DNA of 64,000 nucleotides from Balanoglossus misakiensis (lineage: Eukaryota; Animalia; Hemichordata). The translations under genes were made by a program, and so were the position numbers. Below, one piece after another: positions 38,110 to 51,099 of this stretch; the stretch's first letter is position 1, and every line of letters begins with the position of its first letter. Below the pieces are notes generated by a model that saw only the letters and a program-made list of their open reading frames with translations, made no database searches and was not told the DNA's origin. The DNA lies in the NCBI GenBank assembly GCA_040954595.2, contig CM082576.2, forward strand, positions 17,841,028 to 17,905,027, read 5' to 3'.

Positions 38110-38547
38110 AACGGGCATAGTATCATGGTGAATGAACGACGTATAATGATGTATGCACAGCGTATAATGATGTATGCACATTGTATAAAGGTGTATGAGC
38201 GTCGTATAATGATGTATGGGCAATGTATAATGATGTATTCACAGCGTATAATGATGTATGCACATTGTATAAAGGTGAATGAGCGTCGTATAATGATGTA
38301 TGGGCAATGTATAATGATGTATTCACAGCGTATAATGATGTATGCACATTGTATAAAGGTGTATGAGCGTCGTATAATGATGTATGGGCAATGTATAATG
38401 ATGTATTCACAGCGTATAATGATGTATGCACATTGTATAAAGGTGTATGAGCGTCGTATAATGATGTATGGGCAATGTATAATGATGTATGCACATTTTA
38501 TAAATATGTATGAGCTTCGTATAATGATGTATAAGCGTCGTATAATG
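38110..38547. repeat. Right subterminal 21-bp array (inverted relative to the left array; 63-bp higher-order period)
   Basis: cgtataatgatgtatgcacattgtataaaggtgtatgagcgtcgtataatgatgtatgggcaa-type units running into the right TIR. Confidence 0.9.
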
Positions 38548-39279
38548 GTAACAATGGACTTAAGACAGCTGTGGCTTTCCATATAAACCGGTCAGGTGAC
38601 CAACGTGCATGAGGTTTATTATAAAACACCTATGGCCTGGCCTATATTCGGGCCATAGCAGCTATGGCCCTCATGGTCAGGCAAGAGGTGTTCAATATTA
38701 AATTATTATAGGGGTATATAAACAGGAAAGGTAAACAGAAGGGTGGTCATATCAAAGCTTTGGGTTCTTATTCGTAGAAGATAACCACAACACGCGCGCT
38801 TTCTTGCTGCTACAGGTGACTGTTGGTTTTCAGAATGTTAACAAGGGCTGTGTAACATTGATTTAATTTAGGATAATAGAAGAATCGCAACGATGGTCAA
38901 TACAGAAAGGTTATGACGAGGAAGCAAGAAGAATACTTGAGAAAATGGCAAGATGGAACAAGTCTTCTTATAATGATTTCAGTGACGATAAAATACACCC
39001 AATGGATTATGGGAATGAGGTAATCAATTACAAGTCATTTCAATGACAGAACTGAGACAGTTTTCCATTGTTTGCATATTATTTCTTCTTACAGGTATGA
39101 CTAATTCATTGAATCTTCCAGTGCTAGGCTACTCGTCTGTGAAATGCCATCGATGCGATATTGACCACCTCGCCTTTCAAGTATCAGACATACAATCGCT
39201 AAAATTATATACTTGTCTAGTTACTATGCACTCGTCTTCGATTACTCCACCACACTCGTTAGGAATGCCTGGGAAAATA

Positions 39280-39633
39280 TTATCCATAATTGTGTTTTAA
39301 GATCTTATTTTGCTTTACCAGGCTTGTCAGTGTGTCCAACTTGTCAATCACAATGTCCACGGCTCGGAATGTATTTGTTGGTCCGATGTAACTGCCGACA
39401 ACTTTCAAAAACCTGGTCGTGTGAATCGGATCCTCATTTTCCAATATGTCGGGTAGCATCACGATCTCGTCGAAACGCTCCACACCGTGCGTTAAGACAA
39501 TATCGTATATGGCGTCGTTGTAAGCCGTGATTTGGGCAGAGGAACAATCCCATGGCTGAGAACGGAATGGATGCCCGGCTTCGAGGCCACGATACACGAT
39601 GACCAGAGCAGATACGACAAACAGCAACCTCAT
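39280..39633 (-). other. Orphan ORF with signal-peptide-like N-terminus (possible secreted-protein gene fragment)
   Basis: MRLLFVVSALVIVYRGLEAG hydrophobic leader; a Cys-containing frame continues after an apparent frameshift near 39285. No family recognised. Confidence 0.3.
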
Positions 39634-40744
39634 TGTACGCGTTTACCTTTAGAAGCAAGAATTACCTCTCCATAAGATGATATAGCAGGTTTATACCATC
39701 AGGGACAAACTCCTATACGAAGAAGTACGAAGCCCCGATCAAACAACGATAATATTTCATTAGATTACAATGTTGCTACTAAACCGGATTTTATAAGCAT
39801 TCTTTTATATCATGACAATTAATTTTATGGCAGAATGGACACAGCCCCCAAAAATTGCCGAAAGTTTGAGCATTATTCAACTCTTTCCGCCACAGAAATG
39901 CATATCCCCGCAACGAATCTACTTCAGTCTTGCTGCAAAACTTTGTGATGTTGAAATGCGTCCGCGTATAGAAAATCCTGTGGACGCGACGCCAATGACA
40001 TCGTCGCTCTGCTTGGCGACGTGTCGCAATAGAGACTATACGAAGCTACAAACATAAAACTACACGGAAAAATATACTTACCTCTTACTGCTTAGCTTTG
40101 AAAGTGTGCAACGAAAGCTTACATGCATCTGCACGGATGAATTCTTTAATGTTTGTGCACGAATTTTATAAATACTGTCACGATGTGTGTGTTATTTAAA
40201 AAACTACAGGAAAGTTTTTTTTTTAAATAGTTTATATTAGAAAATGAAAATTTAAAAAAAAAATAGTAGTTATACAGAAAAATGCTGGTTGATTTTTTTT
40301 TCGGTTTTATTAATGCTGCTGAACTGCTGAACATATAATTCTGACGTTGTTATGTCCAAGTCCCATTTTCAATTGCAGCTTACTTAACTCATGTTAATAG
40401 ATATCAAATATTCACTTTTCTTAATGGAAGCGTCATTGCATTTAGCATTCGTTTTAGTACTCTTGACTGTATTGGTACTAACCATGCAACGAACCAAGAA
40501 TTACCAAAAAGGAAACCAAGAGAGATTGGAAACCACATATGCTTAATATATAGAAGGTTGGCTATCACAGATGTCTTGCACGTTTCTAGATGACTGGTCC
40601 AAGCACAACAGAAATCGCATCTTTCAGCTGGGTCTCAGTGAAATGAAATGGCACCGGGAATTGAACTGGTTTTTACACGAAGGCTGGGCAAATACTGCCA
40701 TTAACAAACGCACAATACCAGTTTCATTTTGAAGTATTAGTTTA

Positions 40745-40993
40745 TTGTATTTATATATAGTGAATCAACGTTCAACCACACACACCGTACAGCCCGCTTG
40801 TAGACACGAGAGTGAAAAACTTGCCAAAATGAATAAATTGTAGAGTTTTTCACTCTCGTGTCTACAAGTGGGCTGTAAGGTGTGTGTGGTTGAACGTTGA
40901 TTTACTATATATCCACATGTAGAATAACATAAATGGTGTCTTGTATCAAACAAGGTTAATGGAAAAGGGGTAGTGAGAGGGAAACTTTGTCCT
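40745..40993. mobile_element. Truncated copy of the palindromic TTAA MITE family
   Basis: Shares gtgtgtggttgaacg..tatccacatgtagaataaca..tgtcttgtatcaaa and the ..ctttgtcctttaa end with 41596-41941. Confidence 0.6.
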
Positions 40994-41595
40994 TTAACAT
41001 CGGCACAATCAATTGCACGCGATGCAGTCTATAACTCCAAATCGTGTTCAGGGTGATAGAATTTGCAGTAGTAACTGTAGGTGTCTTCAGAACCTCTGTA
41101 GGCACAGTACTCAACGTTGACAGAAAAGGTGACATTTCCTGGTGGATTCCAGTAGAGTGCCTGGGAGAGTTTCTCGGGACATATCTAAATATTAAAATAT
41201 AATAATAAAAAGATTCAATTTTCACCATTATGATTTTTTTCACAAATGTCCTGTTGCGTGGGAAATACAAGACTCCCTAAAAGATTGCAGAATTCCAAAG
41301 TCAGAAGGTAGTGTTCCAGGCAAACATATTACACAGAATGAAAATACCGAGAGAATTATCAAAAGTTACGGACAGTGGATCTTTGATTAAACTTACGTCC
41401 ATGTCTTTGCACGTTTCAGCGAGTCTTTCCTCGGTATAGACGTTAACTGTACACTCTAAACACTCTATGACATATTCGTCGTCAGATATCCTGGTTCCCT
41501 GTGGGAAAAGGGAGCAACGTATTGTTCTCAATACAGGAGGGTCTGTGATCGACGTGTGAAACTCAGAGTTGCAACTAAGCTACCCGTTCGCTTAA

Positions 41596-41941
41596 AAGGA
41601 CAAAGTCTCTCTCCTTGCTGCCCCTTTTTCCATTATTATGTTTGATACAAGACACTGTTTATGTTAATGTACAGGTGGATATATAGTGAATCAATGATCA
41701 ACCATACAAAACTTCCATCCCACTTGTATGATATGAGAGTAAAAACTCGCCCAAAATGAATAAATGGTAAAGAACGATTATTCATTTTGGCGATTTTTTC
41801 ACTCTCCTGTCTATAAGAAGGATGGAAGTTGTGTGTGGTTGAACGCTCATTCACTATATATCCACATGTAGAATAACAAACGGTGTCTTGTATCAAATAT
41901 AATTAATGGGAAAAGGGCAGCGAGAGACAGACTTTGTCCCT
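41596..41941. mobile_element. Palindromic TTAA MITE (Kolobok-like)
   Basis: TTAA at 41592-41595 and 41942-41945; AAGGACAAAGTCT...AGACTTTGTCCCT ends; the whole element is hairpin-like. Confidence 0.8.
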
Positions 41942-42697
41942 TTAAAGTTAAGGGGTCGTCGCGCCGCGCTTGTTTTTAAACATTACAAATCATCCACAAA
42001 TCCCTCAAGTAATAACATTCTTAGAACCTAGTAGGTCGTGGCGACTGCAGTGAGGTTTGTGCGAGTATTTGAGGACATATTCTCGACAAGGGGGACACCC
42101 ACGCGGCGCGACGAAAATCGAAAAACGAAATACAATATCAACACCCAAATGCCAACTTGTAGATTCACTCGACATTTTAGAAAGTGAATACGTTATAGTG
42201 GTTCGGTATTCGAAACAGACGGAAACAACGTCAAATAAGGAATCGGTTGGTCTGGATTACAGATAGGCGTTTCACTTGGCCGCAATTAGCCACGGACCAT
42301 TTCAGCTGTTAATGAAATGATATTCCCATCCCTATCTTTGTACTGGTACTAAGCTATAAGTAAACTGTTACACTTATCCCAAGCATAGTACTGGTATTAT
42401 AACTGGTAGTCCAATGCCATGCCCATCCCCTTGCTGTGTTAATTGATAATAAAGTGTCATACCCTCCCCTTGTTCTGTACTGTTGCTGTTAATAAAATGT
42501 TATGACAATCCCTCATTGTACTGCATGTAATACTTAACTGTAAGTACAATATCATGCACATCCCCTGCTTTTTAGTAAAATGCCATGCCTTCCCCTAGTT
42601 CTGTACTATAACTGTTAGTCAAATGTCATGTCCAACACTCACTTTGTACTATAAGTTACCAATAATAAAAATGTCATGCCCTCCCTGCTTCTCTATA

Positions 42698-45308
42698 CAG
42701 TCTGATCTCAGCCTATTAAAATTCGCCTAAACCTTACAACAGAGAGCCTCGTTTTCACTTCTATCCAATATGGCGGCCTACCGAAAACTTGAAACCTGCA
42801 TGCTGGCATGAAAAGAGGTGTACACGCTTTAATTTTGGGTGACAAGGTGCGTTTTCCATCAATTATTGTCTAAATGGATGTTATCTTACGCTTTATGACG
42901 CTCGTTTTAGCTGTAATAAATTATTTTGAAACCCTGCATACTGGCGATGTGGCAGTGACTCGATCGTACGATGTTATGCATGTGAATGCTAATGTTTGAG
43001 AAGCGATACAGAAATTAGAGGGTCTTGAGCAGAGGCGTAAATACGGTTTTTCACAGGGTCTATGTATTAGCTATAACAGTGCCAAGTTTGGTTTGCCTAC
43101 GGTGAAGCACATTGACGCGGGGCAGTGTTGAATGTGACCTCTCAAGCAACATACTATATGTATAGGACCTCCGTGTTTCGATTGCGTAACACGGAAACTC
43201 GGCAGATCAAATCACAGTCCCCGGGAGTCTGCCGGGACTTTACACTGAACATAACATTGCAGATGAGTTATGAGACAATCAATGCTCGATAACAGCCTAG
43301 GTTTTGACAATGGATATTCGTGTGTTTTAGAGATTAACCCGGATAAGTGGCGGTCTGCATAGACAGTATGTACATAGTATGCATAGTGGTGACTGTGAGG
43401 TTAATCTGACAATGAAATCATGGTTACTACAACAGACTACACTGGTCCAACTCTCCTTTTTTCTGACATTGATTGGTAATTTGGTAATTTTTAAAAACAT
43501 TTTTGTTGTTCTTTTTGATTATTTCAAATTTAAGAATTTTATGTATATTTCTTCAATCAATAAAATTATTGCCAGCCTTATAATTCTACATTTAGTTTTC
43601 TAACTCCATATCTGAATAATCACTGTAATTACTTGTATCATTTTCATATGCATTTGTTGTACTCTCTTGTAAATCTTCCTCAGGTAATTGGTATTCCTGT
43701 TCTACTATCTCTAGTATGTCAAACGTTTCAAAAGTATCCACCATTTCTTCATTCATAATCATTTCTAGAATCGAATCATCTTCACTTACTCTGTCAATAT
43801 AACTTCTACTGGTGTTTTCACCACTTCTAGTGTTTTCACAGTTTGTTATGTATAGTGGTCTTTATGGAGTTTAGAATGTTATTCCTTCCATCCGTGGCAT
43901 TTGCCATAGACCTCAGCAGTCTATTTAAAACCAACAAACTATCTCTACTCTTGGAGGAAAACACAAACGACCCCTTTCTCACCATTATGAAAAGCTTCAC
44001 AAAGACAAAGTATGTTGCAGTTAAAAGACTGAAAATGACTATAGAAAAATATGACTTGCATAGACAGACTGATAAATGCCCAATCAGTTACTATGCCCAG
44101 ACTGGACAACAGCCTTTCACTGTCACTCTGCACTGACAGCCCAGACAAATGCCAGTTCACACACACACACCCTGAAAAGACTAGACTAAATATCAGTTCA
44201 CAAAAACTCTGCACAGTGCAGACTAGACAATTGTCAGTCAAACTAAAACCACACAGACTACTCCTACACAGACTGGAAAATACCTGTTCAGTAATACTCA
44301 AACAATAACAGTTAATGAAATTTACCTTTTTAATTTTTATTGTCAAATAAATACAATATAATATATAAAAGGTAACAACTGAGGAAAGCAAGATTAATAA
44401 AGGAAACTCCTGAATGCAAAAAAGTGTGGGAACTGGCCACCAACCACACTAAAGGCAGACTCACTAAAAGTAAAACACCGATCGATCAGCACACTGACGC
44501 ACTTCTTTCTTCGTTGTCTCCTGAAAGACAAAGAAACAAACTGTTAGGCGTACGATAATTATTGGTGAAGTTCTCAACAAGAGATTTGAGAAACACTTGC
44601 TCCGGCTTCCACACACACACGACACTGCTGCAACAGTGCACGCCAAGCAAGGAATGATGCTGCCCAGGAAACTTTTCCTCCGGTCTACGATGACGTCTGG
44701 ACACCTACTGTCCCATCATTGCGCCAAAAATCATGTCCAATCAGAGCTCTTAGCAAGAAAATAACGAAATTGGACCGGGACATAATGATCGAAAATAGCT
44801 TGCCACAGTCGCGCATTCGCTACTTCCGGGTATGGATTCCTTCCGCCGCCATGTTAGAACACGGTACATACACACACTCAGTAAACAGGCATTCGCAATT
44901 TTTCCGGACCTTCAGCAGACTAAAAATACGCAAATTTCGATAAAACAATAATCAACTCAACTATTTATGTCCATTTTCGATTTTTAAAAACCGGCACATA
45001 GACGCGGGGCAGTGTTGAAAATCACGGAAAAATCGTGGATGTCCGTACGGGCACACCACTCGAAACGAGTATGACCTAATTCTTTGGACTAACAATGGCG
45101 TGAAATATGATAGAAATAGCAACTTACCGGGTATACGTCAGTTTCGGGATGAGAATAATTCTTCTAACACAGTATTAAGCTGGAAAAGTGAGATTATCGA
45201 TACCTCGGGAAAAAATCCTAACGGACGCATACTTAAGCACGGGGGCGCTGTTCATTTGAAATGATTTCATGCAAATGCATGTAAATAAGGTACCCTGAAA
45301 TCAGACTG
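42698..45308. mobile_element. Non-autonomous TIR element, TATA 4-bp TSD (Academ-like CA..TG ends, tentative)
   Basis: tata|CAGTCTGATCTCAG ... CTGAAATCAGACTG|tata; empty site ctctatagttg at ~49762. Confidence 0.75.
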
Positions 45309-45866
45309 TATAGTTGTTAATAAAATGTTACTCCCCCCCAAGGGTTGTACTGGTACTTGAACTGTTAGTAAAATATCATGCCCTTGTTCCTAGTTATGAA
45401 CTGAAACGTTTAGGCTAATCAACTGTAATGCTCATGTACTTGGTTGAGTAAAATGTCTGCCAATGTCTTGCCTAGTTCTACAACTCATAATAAAATGCCA
45501 TGCCCTCCCCTAGTTCCGTACTGTAGGGGTCAATAAACCGTATTATCTGGCCACCCCTAGCTCTTAAGTTGATCGTATGCCATGCCGAAACCTAGTTCTG
45601 TATTGTGACTTAGAGCTTAGATGGTCCTATAAAGCTTATAAAACTTGTGCACACTCCAAATAGGCCGAAAATGTCATGTGTACCGACTGATAATAAACTG
45701 TCATTTCATCCCAGCTATGCACTCAAAAAATGATGTGGCATTAACACTAGAGAACGTGTACTGATCTGAGTGAATCAGATCCCGTGAGGAGTACGGTGCC
45801 CAGAGTACACGTGTACTAGTAGAGAAATGCCAAGTGTTGCTACATCTTCGCGCTTCGCCCGCCATT

Positions 45867-48597
45867 TAGTCAAGTAGAACCACAACATAACCGTGAAGTA
45901 CGGTACAAATGCAATTTTTTTGCTGAAAATGATAGTTGGAGGGATACTGATAAGGAATCAGGTTGATGCCACTTTGGCACCCTTGAGCATTTTTTTTAAT
46001 TCACGTTTTAAGCCACGCCCACTTTTAATGCATATAATTACCAAAGACACATGCATTGCAGTAACGTACATGCCATATTAGGTGTCAAACTTAAGCTTAT
46101 GTCATGTAAAAAGCAAAATTAAACATATTAAATGGTATTTTAAAACCCTAGATGGACAATTTCAAGGTCAAACGTTAAAATTGACCATGCCCATTTGACC
46201 TTGATATTATGAGAGAAGATAATTATACCATGTTTGGTATCAAACTGAAGCTAATGTCACGTATGAAGCAAATATAAGCATGATAACGAGCATAACATTT
46301 TTTCAAAATCCCAGATAGTCAATTTCAAGGTCAAACGTTAAAAATATTTGGAGATTTTATGATGTATGAAAAGTCCATTTATGGAAAAATTGGTGTTGAT
46401 TCCAGAAAAAAGCAGTCTTATTAATCTCAATAAAGATGGAAATACTTTTTGTCCAAAAAGGGTCATTTTTAGAAAATACTAAAACATGCCATTTTCTTTT
46501 AAACTAAAGACAAATTGTTTTCTTCATATTTAGAGATCTGATTATGTAAGAAAAGTTCATTTTATATAAAAATTTGGTGACTATTCCAAAAACGGTTGAT
46601 CCCACTCTAGTCAAAATTGCCTTTTTGGCCATTTATTGCCTAAATAGACCGACTCAAGACAAATTTATCATTTTAAACATTTTCTAGAGAAAAGAATGTT
46701 TGCATTTGGAGTTAGCCCAAATTGAACTCATATTGATGATGAACCAGCGTCAAGAGGAAAAGAAGTAACAAATCTAGATCAGGGGCAGTTTTAGCCGTGC
46801 TCTATTGAGTATTTAGCATCGTTGGATTGCACTTCTGTCCAATCAGAATGACGGAGGTATCATGATATAATATAATTTCTGTTTTTGTATTTAGATTGAA
46901 AAGGATAAATGTCAACAATTTCTCCGGAGCTGGTATATCTCTACATAAACATTTCATACCATGTATAATCGACTTATAGTAGATAGTGTGTATGCATGGA
47001 TGGTCGCGTTTATTGTTGAGTTCCATTTTAGGTTAAATGTGCCAAATTGTGGCAACTCTGTCTTTCAATATCATCAATTCAACTGATATCATATGGTTAT
47101 GACGTTTTAAATAAGCAAATACAACATCAGAACTCAAAAGGCAAAACATATATTTTATTTTGTTTTCTGAAAAAGACAATTGTTGACCAAAAGACGGCAA
47201 TTTTGTATTTAGTGGCGTGTCTCAATAAGACTTGTGTTGGTATCAGCATATTTTTTGCAAAAAATGGACTTTCCATTCATCATTAAACATTTAAATACGA
47301 AGAAAACAGTTTGTTTTCATTTGTTCTTGAAATAGCACTTTTTGACAAAAAAAAGACAAAATGACAATTTTGTAAGATGAAAAGAATGGTTTTGGAACTG
47401 ACTCCCTTTCAACAAAAATGGACTTTCCATACTTCATAAGATCTCTGAATATGAAAAAATAAGTTTTTTTTTTATTTTTTCTAACAGTTACCTTTTAAGC
47501 AAAGTGAACAAAATAAGAATAAAGTGAACAGTAAGAGTGCTTTTTTTGGAAAAGTCACTACTTCATACATCATCAAATCCAATTATAGAGAAAAACAGTT
47601 TGTTTTTAATTGTTTTCTAAAAATGACCTTTTTCGGCAAAAAGCAGCAAAAATGGCAACGTGTTTTTCAAAACCTCACATTTATAGGTAAACAGAACACC
47701 ATTTTCATAAGGGTATTTTGACTTATGACGTCACTATGATGACATGATTTGTCATATCACTTTTATTTTGTAATTAATGGAAAGCTTGTTTATTAAGCTT
47801 TCTTTTGATATCAAATACATCCCAGTTGTTTTAGGTATACGTTCAGAGAGACAGTCTTTTACAAGACTAATATATCCCCCTTACGTCAATTCATATGCAT
47901 TTTAGGGTTTTCTACATAAGTTACCCAATATAATTTGGAAGCCAATAACTCGAAAACGCCCCGGTGCCCAGTTTTGGATACAAATTAGCGATTTTAAAGT
48001 GAGTGCAAAGCCAAAGAAGCAGTAATAATCTCTTTGACCTTTTGTGAACTATGGCCAAGGAAATAACATCGCTATAAAATGAAAGCTGCCCCCCCCCCCA
48101 ACCCGGCAAGATATGGCCCTTATTACCATGGCAATTAAATTTTGGTGTTAAAACATTTCATGTGCTCTTTTTAATACTCATTTTTGTTTTCTCCATCGTG
48201 TGTGCTTCATTTTGATAACAAACATGATATGATTTTCTTCTTTAATTATGTTTCAGTTTAGGGGCGTGGCCAGTTTTATGTTAATATGCCCTTACATGAC
48301 CTTGACATTGACCGTATAACCTTATAATGTTCATATTTACTTTTCACATGTCATTAGCTTTAGTTTGATACCAAACAAGACATTATTTATATGAATTGCA
48401 TTTTTGGCTTTGTAATTATAAGATTTAAAATGTGGGCGTGGCTTAAAACGTTAATTAAAAAAAATGCTCAAGGGTGCCAAGGTGGCATCAACCTGATTCC
48501 GAGTCAGTACCCCCTCAACTATCATTTTCTGCAAAAAAATCGCATTTGTACCGTACTTCACGGTTATGCCAATTTTGGGGTCAGTTCTACTTGACTA
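45867..48597. mobile_element. Non-autonomous Academ-like element with long imperfect TIRs
   Basis: att|TAGTCAAGTAGAAC ... GTTCTACTTGACTA|att (3-bp TSD); arms homologous over a few hundred bp; empty site cgccattgctctcc at ~50329. Confidence 0.8.
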
Positions 48598-50860
48598 ATT
48601 GCTCTCCGGAAAATAGGAGTGTGGTCGAGCGAACACGTGCGAGCGGAAAGTCGTGTTGCGACCGTCGGCGAGGAGAATTAAGACACAGCGCTAATAATAG
48701 TGTCTGTAACGACTATCACACCAAAACTCATTTACAGTAAATATAAAAACAGACTACGTTGGAGAAGTCTTTCGACGTGTCTTCGTTCTCGAGGAGCCAT
48801 TTGTATCTGCATTTGCATACCAGAAAGCCACGCCTTCCAGCCTCGTTCGCGGGTGGCTTGTTTGTAATTGCCAAAGGCGAGTTAGTCATGTGCTTAGTTT
48901 GTTGGGTGTCAATGTAATCGTCCATGTTAACTTATTTGGTACAATTCGAGACATATGCACTCAAAAATGATGTGGCATTAAACACTAGAGGACGTGTACT
49001 GATCTGAGTGAATCAGATCCCGTGAGGTCGCCATTGTGGGGTTTGCACTGGTATGGTAGGGCATATTCTCATCAAGGGGGACACCCTCGGGGTGCGACGA
49101 CCCCTTCCCTACTGTTGCTGAAAAATACTTGTATATGAAAGTTGAAACAGTGATAGTTGCACATGAGGTATCTGATATGGCATTAACATAAACATAACAA
49201 AATAAAGTTTTGATGGTTCCTTGCAATCTGCAATTGCATGAAAATATTCTCTGTACTGTTAATTAGAGAATAATGTCTGCTCCTAATTCTGCAAAATGTG
49301 TCATACTAAAATGTTATACCATTAGTGACACTATGACCAATAATAAAATATCATACTCTTCCCTTATGTATTTCAGCTGTTAATGAAATGATATTCCCAT
49401 CCCTATCTTTGTACTGGTACTAAGCTATAAGTAAAATGTTACACTTATCCCAAGCATAGTACTGGTATTATAACTGGTAGTCCAATGCCATGCCCATCGC
49501 CTTGCTGTGTTAATTGATAATAAAGTGTCATACCCTCCCCTTGTTCTGTACTGTTGCTGTTAATAAAATGTTATGACAATCCCTCATTGTACTACATGTA
49601 ATAGTTAACGGTAAGTACAATATCATGCACATCCCTTGCTTTTTAGTAAAATGCCATGCCTTCCCCTAGTTCTGTACTATAACTGTTAGTCATATGTCAT
49701 GCCCAACACTCACTTTGTACTATAAGTTACCAATAATAAAAATGTCATGCCCTCCCTGCTTCTCTATAGTTGTTAATAAAATGTTACTCCCACCCCAAGG
49801 GTTGTACTGGTACTTGAACTGTTAGTAAAATATCATGCCCATGTTCCTAGTTATGAACTGAAACGTTTAGGCTAATCAACTGTAATGCTCATGGACTTGG
49901 TTGAGCAAAATGTCTGCCAATGTCTTGCCTAGTTCTACAACTCATAATAAAATGCCATGCCCTCCCCTAGTTCCGCACTGTAGGGGTCAATAAACCGTAT
50001 TATCTGGCCACCCCTAGCTCTTAAGTTGATCGTATGCCATGCCGAAACCTAGTTCTGTATAATTGTGACTTAGAGCTTAGATGGTCCTATAAATTTTATA
50101 AAACGTGTGCACACTTCAAATAGGCCGAAAATGTCATGTGTACCGACTGATAATAAACTGTCATTTCATCCCAGCTATGCACTCAAAAAATGATGTGGCA
50201 TTAACACTAGAGAACGTGTACTGATCTCAGTGAAACAGATCCCGTGAGGAGTACGGTGCCCAGAGTACACGTGTACTAGTAGAGAAATGCCAAGTGTTGC
50301 TACATCTTCGCGCTTCGCCCGCCAAGGTCGCCATTGCTCTCCGGAAAATAGGAGACTGCATGTAGTTGAGCGAGCACGTGCGAACGGACGATGGTGTTGT
50401 TACCGTCGACGAGGCGAATTAAGACACAGCGCTAATACTAGTGTCTGTCACGACTATCACACCAAAACTGTCCTTTACAGTAAATATAAAAAAGCTATTA
50501 AAGTCGGAGAAGTCTTTCCACGAGTCTTCGATATCGAGGAGCCATTTGTATCTGCATAAATTTGCATTTCCAGTCTCGTTCGCGTAAGACTTGTTTGTAT
50601 TTGTCAAAGGCGAGTTAGGCACGTGCTTAGATTTTTGGGTATCAGTGTAATCGTCCATGGTAACTTATTTGTCTATTACATATTTTAATGTCATCTTTCT
50701 TATCAAGCCTTGATGTAATTACATGATATTACGGCAGGGGGGGGGGGCGGCAAGTTTGTGTCATCGGTTCTCAAAATCAGGCCGACCCCCCTTCACCCAG
50801 AACCAAAAAATGATGCCCCCCCTTTGACAGACCCAAAAATATGATGACCCCCCCCCCCGA

Positions 50861-51098
50861 ATTAACGAATCAAAATATAATCGTACTACTTCAACATTAT
50901 ATACTACTATTTATTTATAATATATTAACGAATCAAAATATAATCGTACTACTTCAACATTATATACTACTATTTATTTATAATATATTAACGAATCAAA
51001 ATATAATCGTACTACTTCAACATTATATACTACTATTTATTATAATATATTAATGAATCAAAATATAATCGTACTACTTCAACATTATATACTACTAT
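50861..51098. repeat. 63-bp AT-rich tandem repeat, ~3.7 copies
   Basis: attaacgaatcaaaatataatcgtactacttcaacattatatactac starts at 50861, 50924, 50987 and ~51049. Confidence 0.9.
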
Positions 51099-51099
51099 T

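Larger units (their letters stand above)
26296..38583 (+). mobile_element. IS3EU-type DNA transposon, 12288 bp, carrying a HECT E3 ligase gene
   Basis: 6-bp TSD TAAACC at 26290-26295 and 38584-38589; TIR TATGGAAAGCCACAGCTGTCTTAAGTCCATTGTTACCATTATACGACGCT / complement; TAY..RTA ends and a 6-bp TSD match IS3EU; paralogous empty site with a single TAAACC at ~21849-21854 (minus strand). Confidence 0.88.
25699..39107 (+). pseudogene. Inverted SLC22 duplicate segment (exons 4-5 with flanking introns), interrupted by the IS3EU element
   Basis: 25699-26295 plus 38584-39107 is the reverse complement of 22454-20290. Exon 4 is at ~25951-26122 and exon 5 at ~38872-39019, where ESPRWL has become ESQRWS. 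Confidence 0.85.
42297..50670. repeat. Local direct duplication of a ~1.3-kb unit: 42297-42697 + 45309-45866 + 48598-48940 versus 49370-50670
   Basis: Long near-identical stretches; the first copy carries two insertions absent from the second; the unit contains degenerate aaaatgtcatgccctcccc subrepeats. Confidence 0.85.

Noticed and set aside
41947-49106. Possible paired ends aaggggtcgtcgcgcc (41949) and gtgcgacgacccctt (49092) of a large TTAA element
   Set aside because: The match is short, the right side lacks TTAA, and the interval is explained by other duplications; not supportable without more copies.
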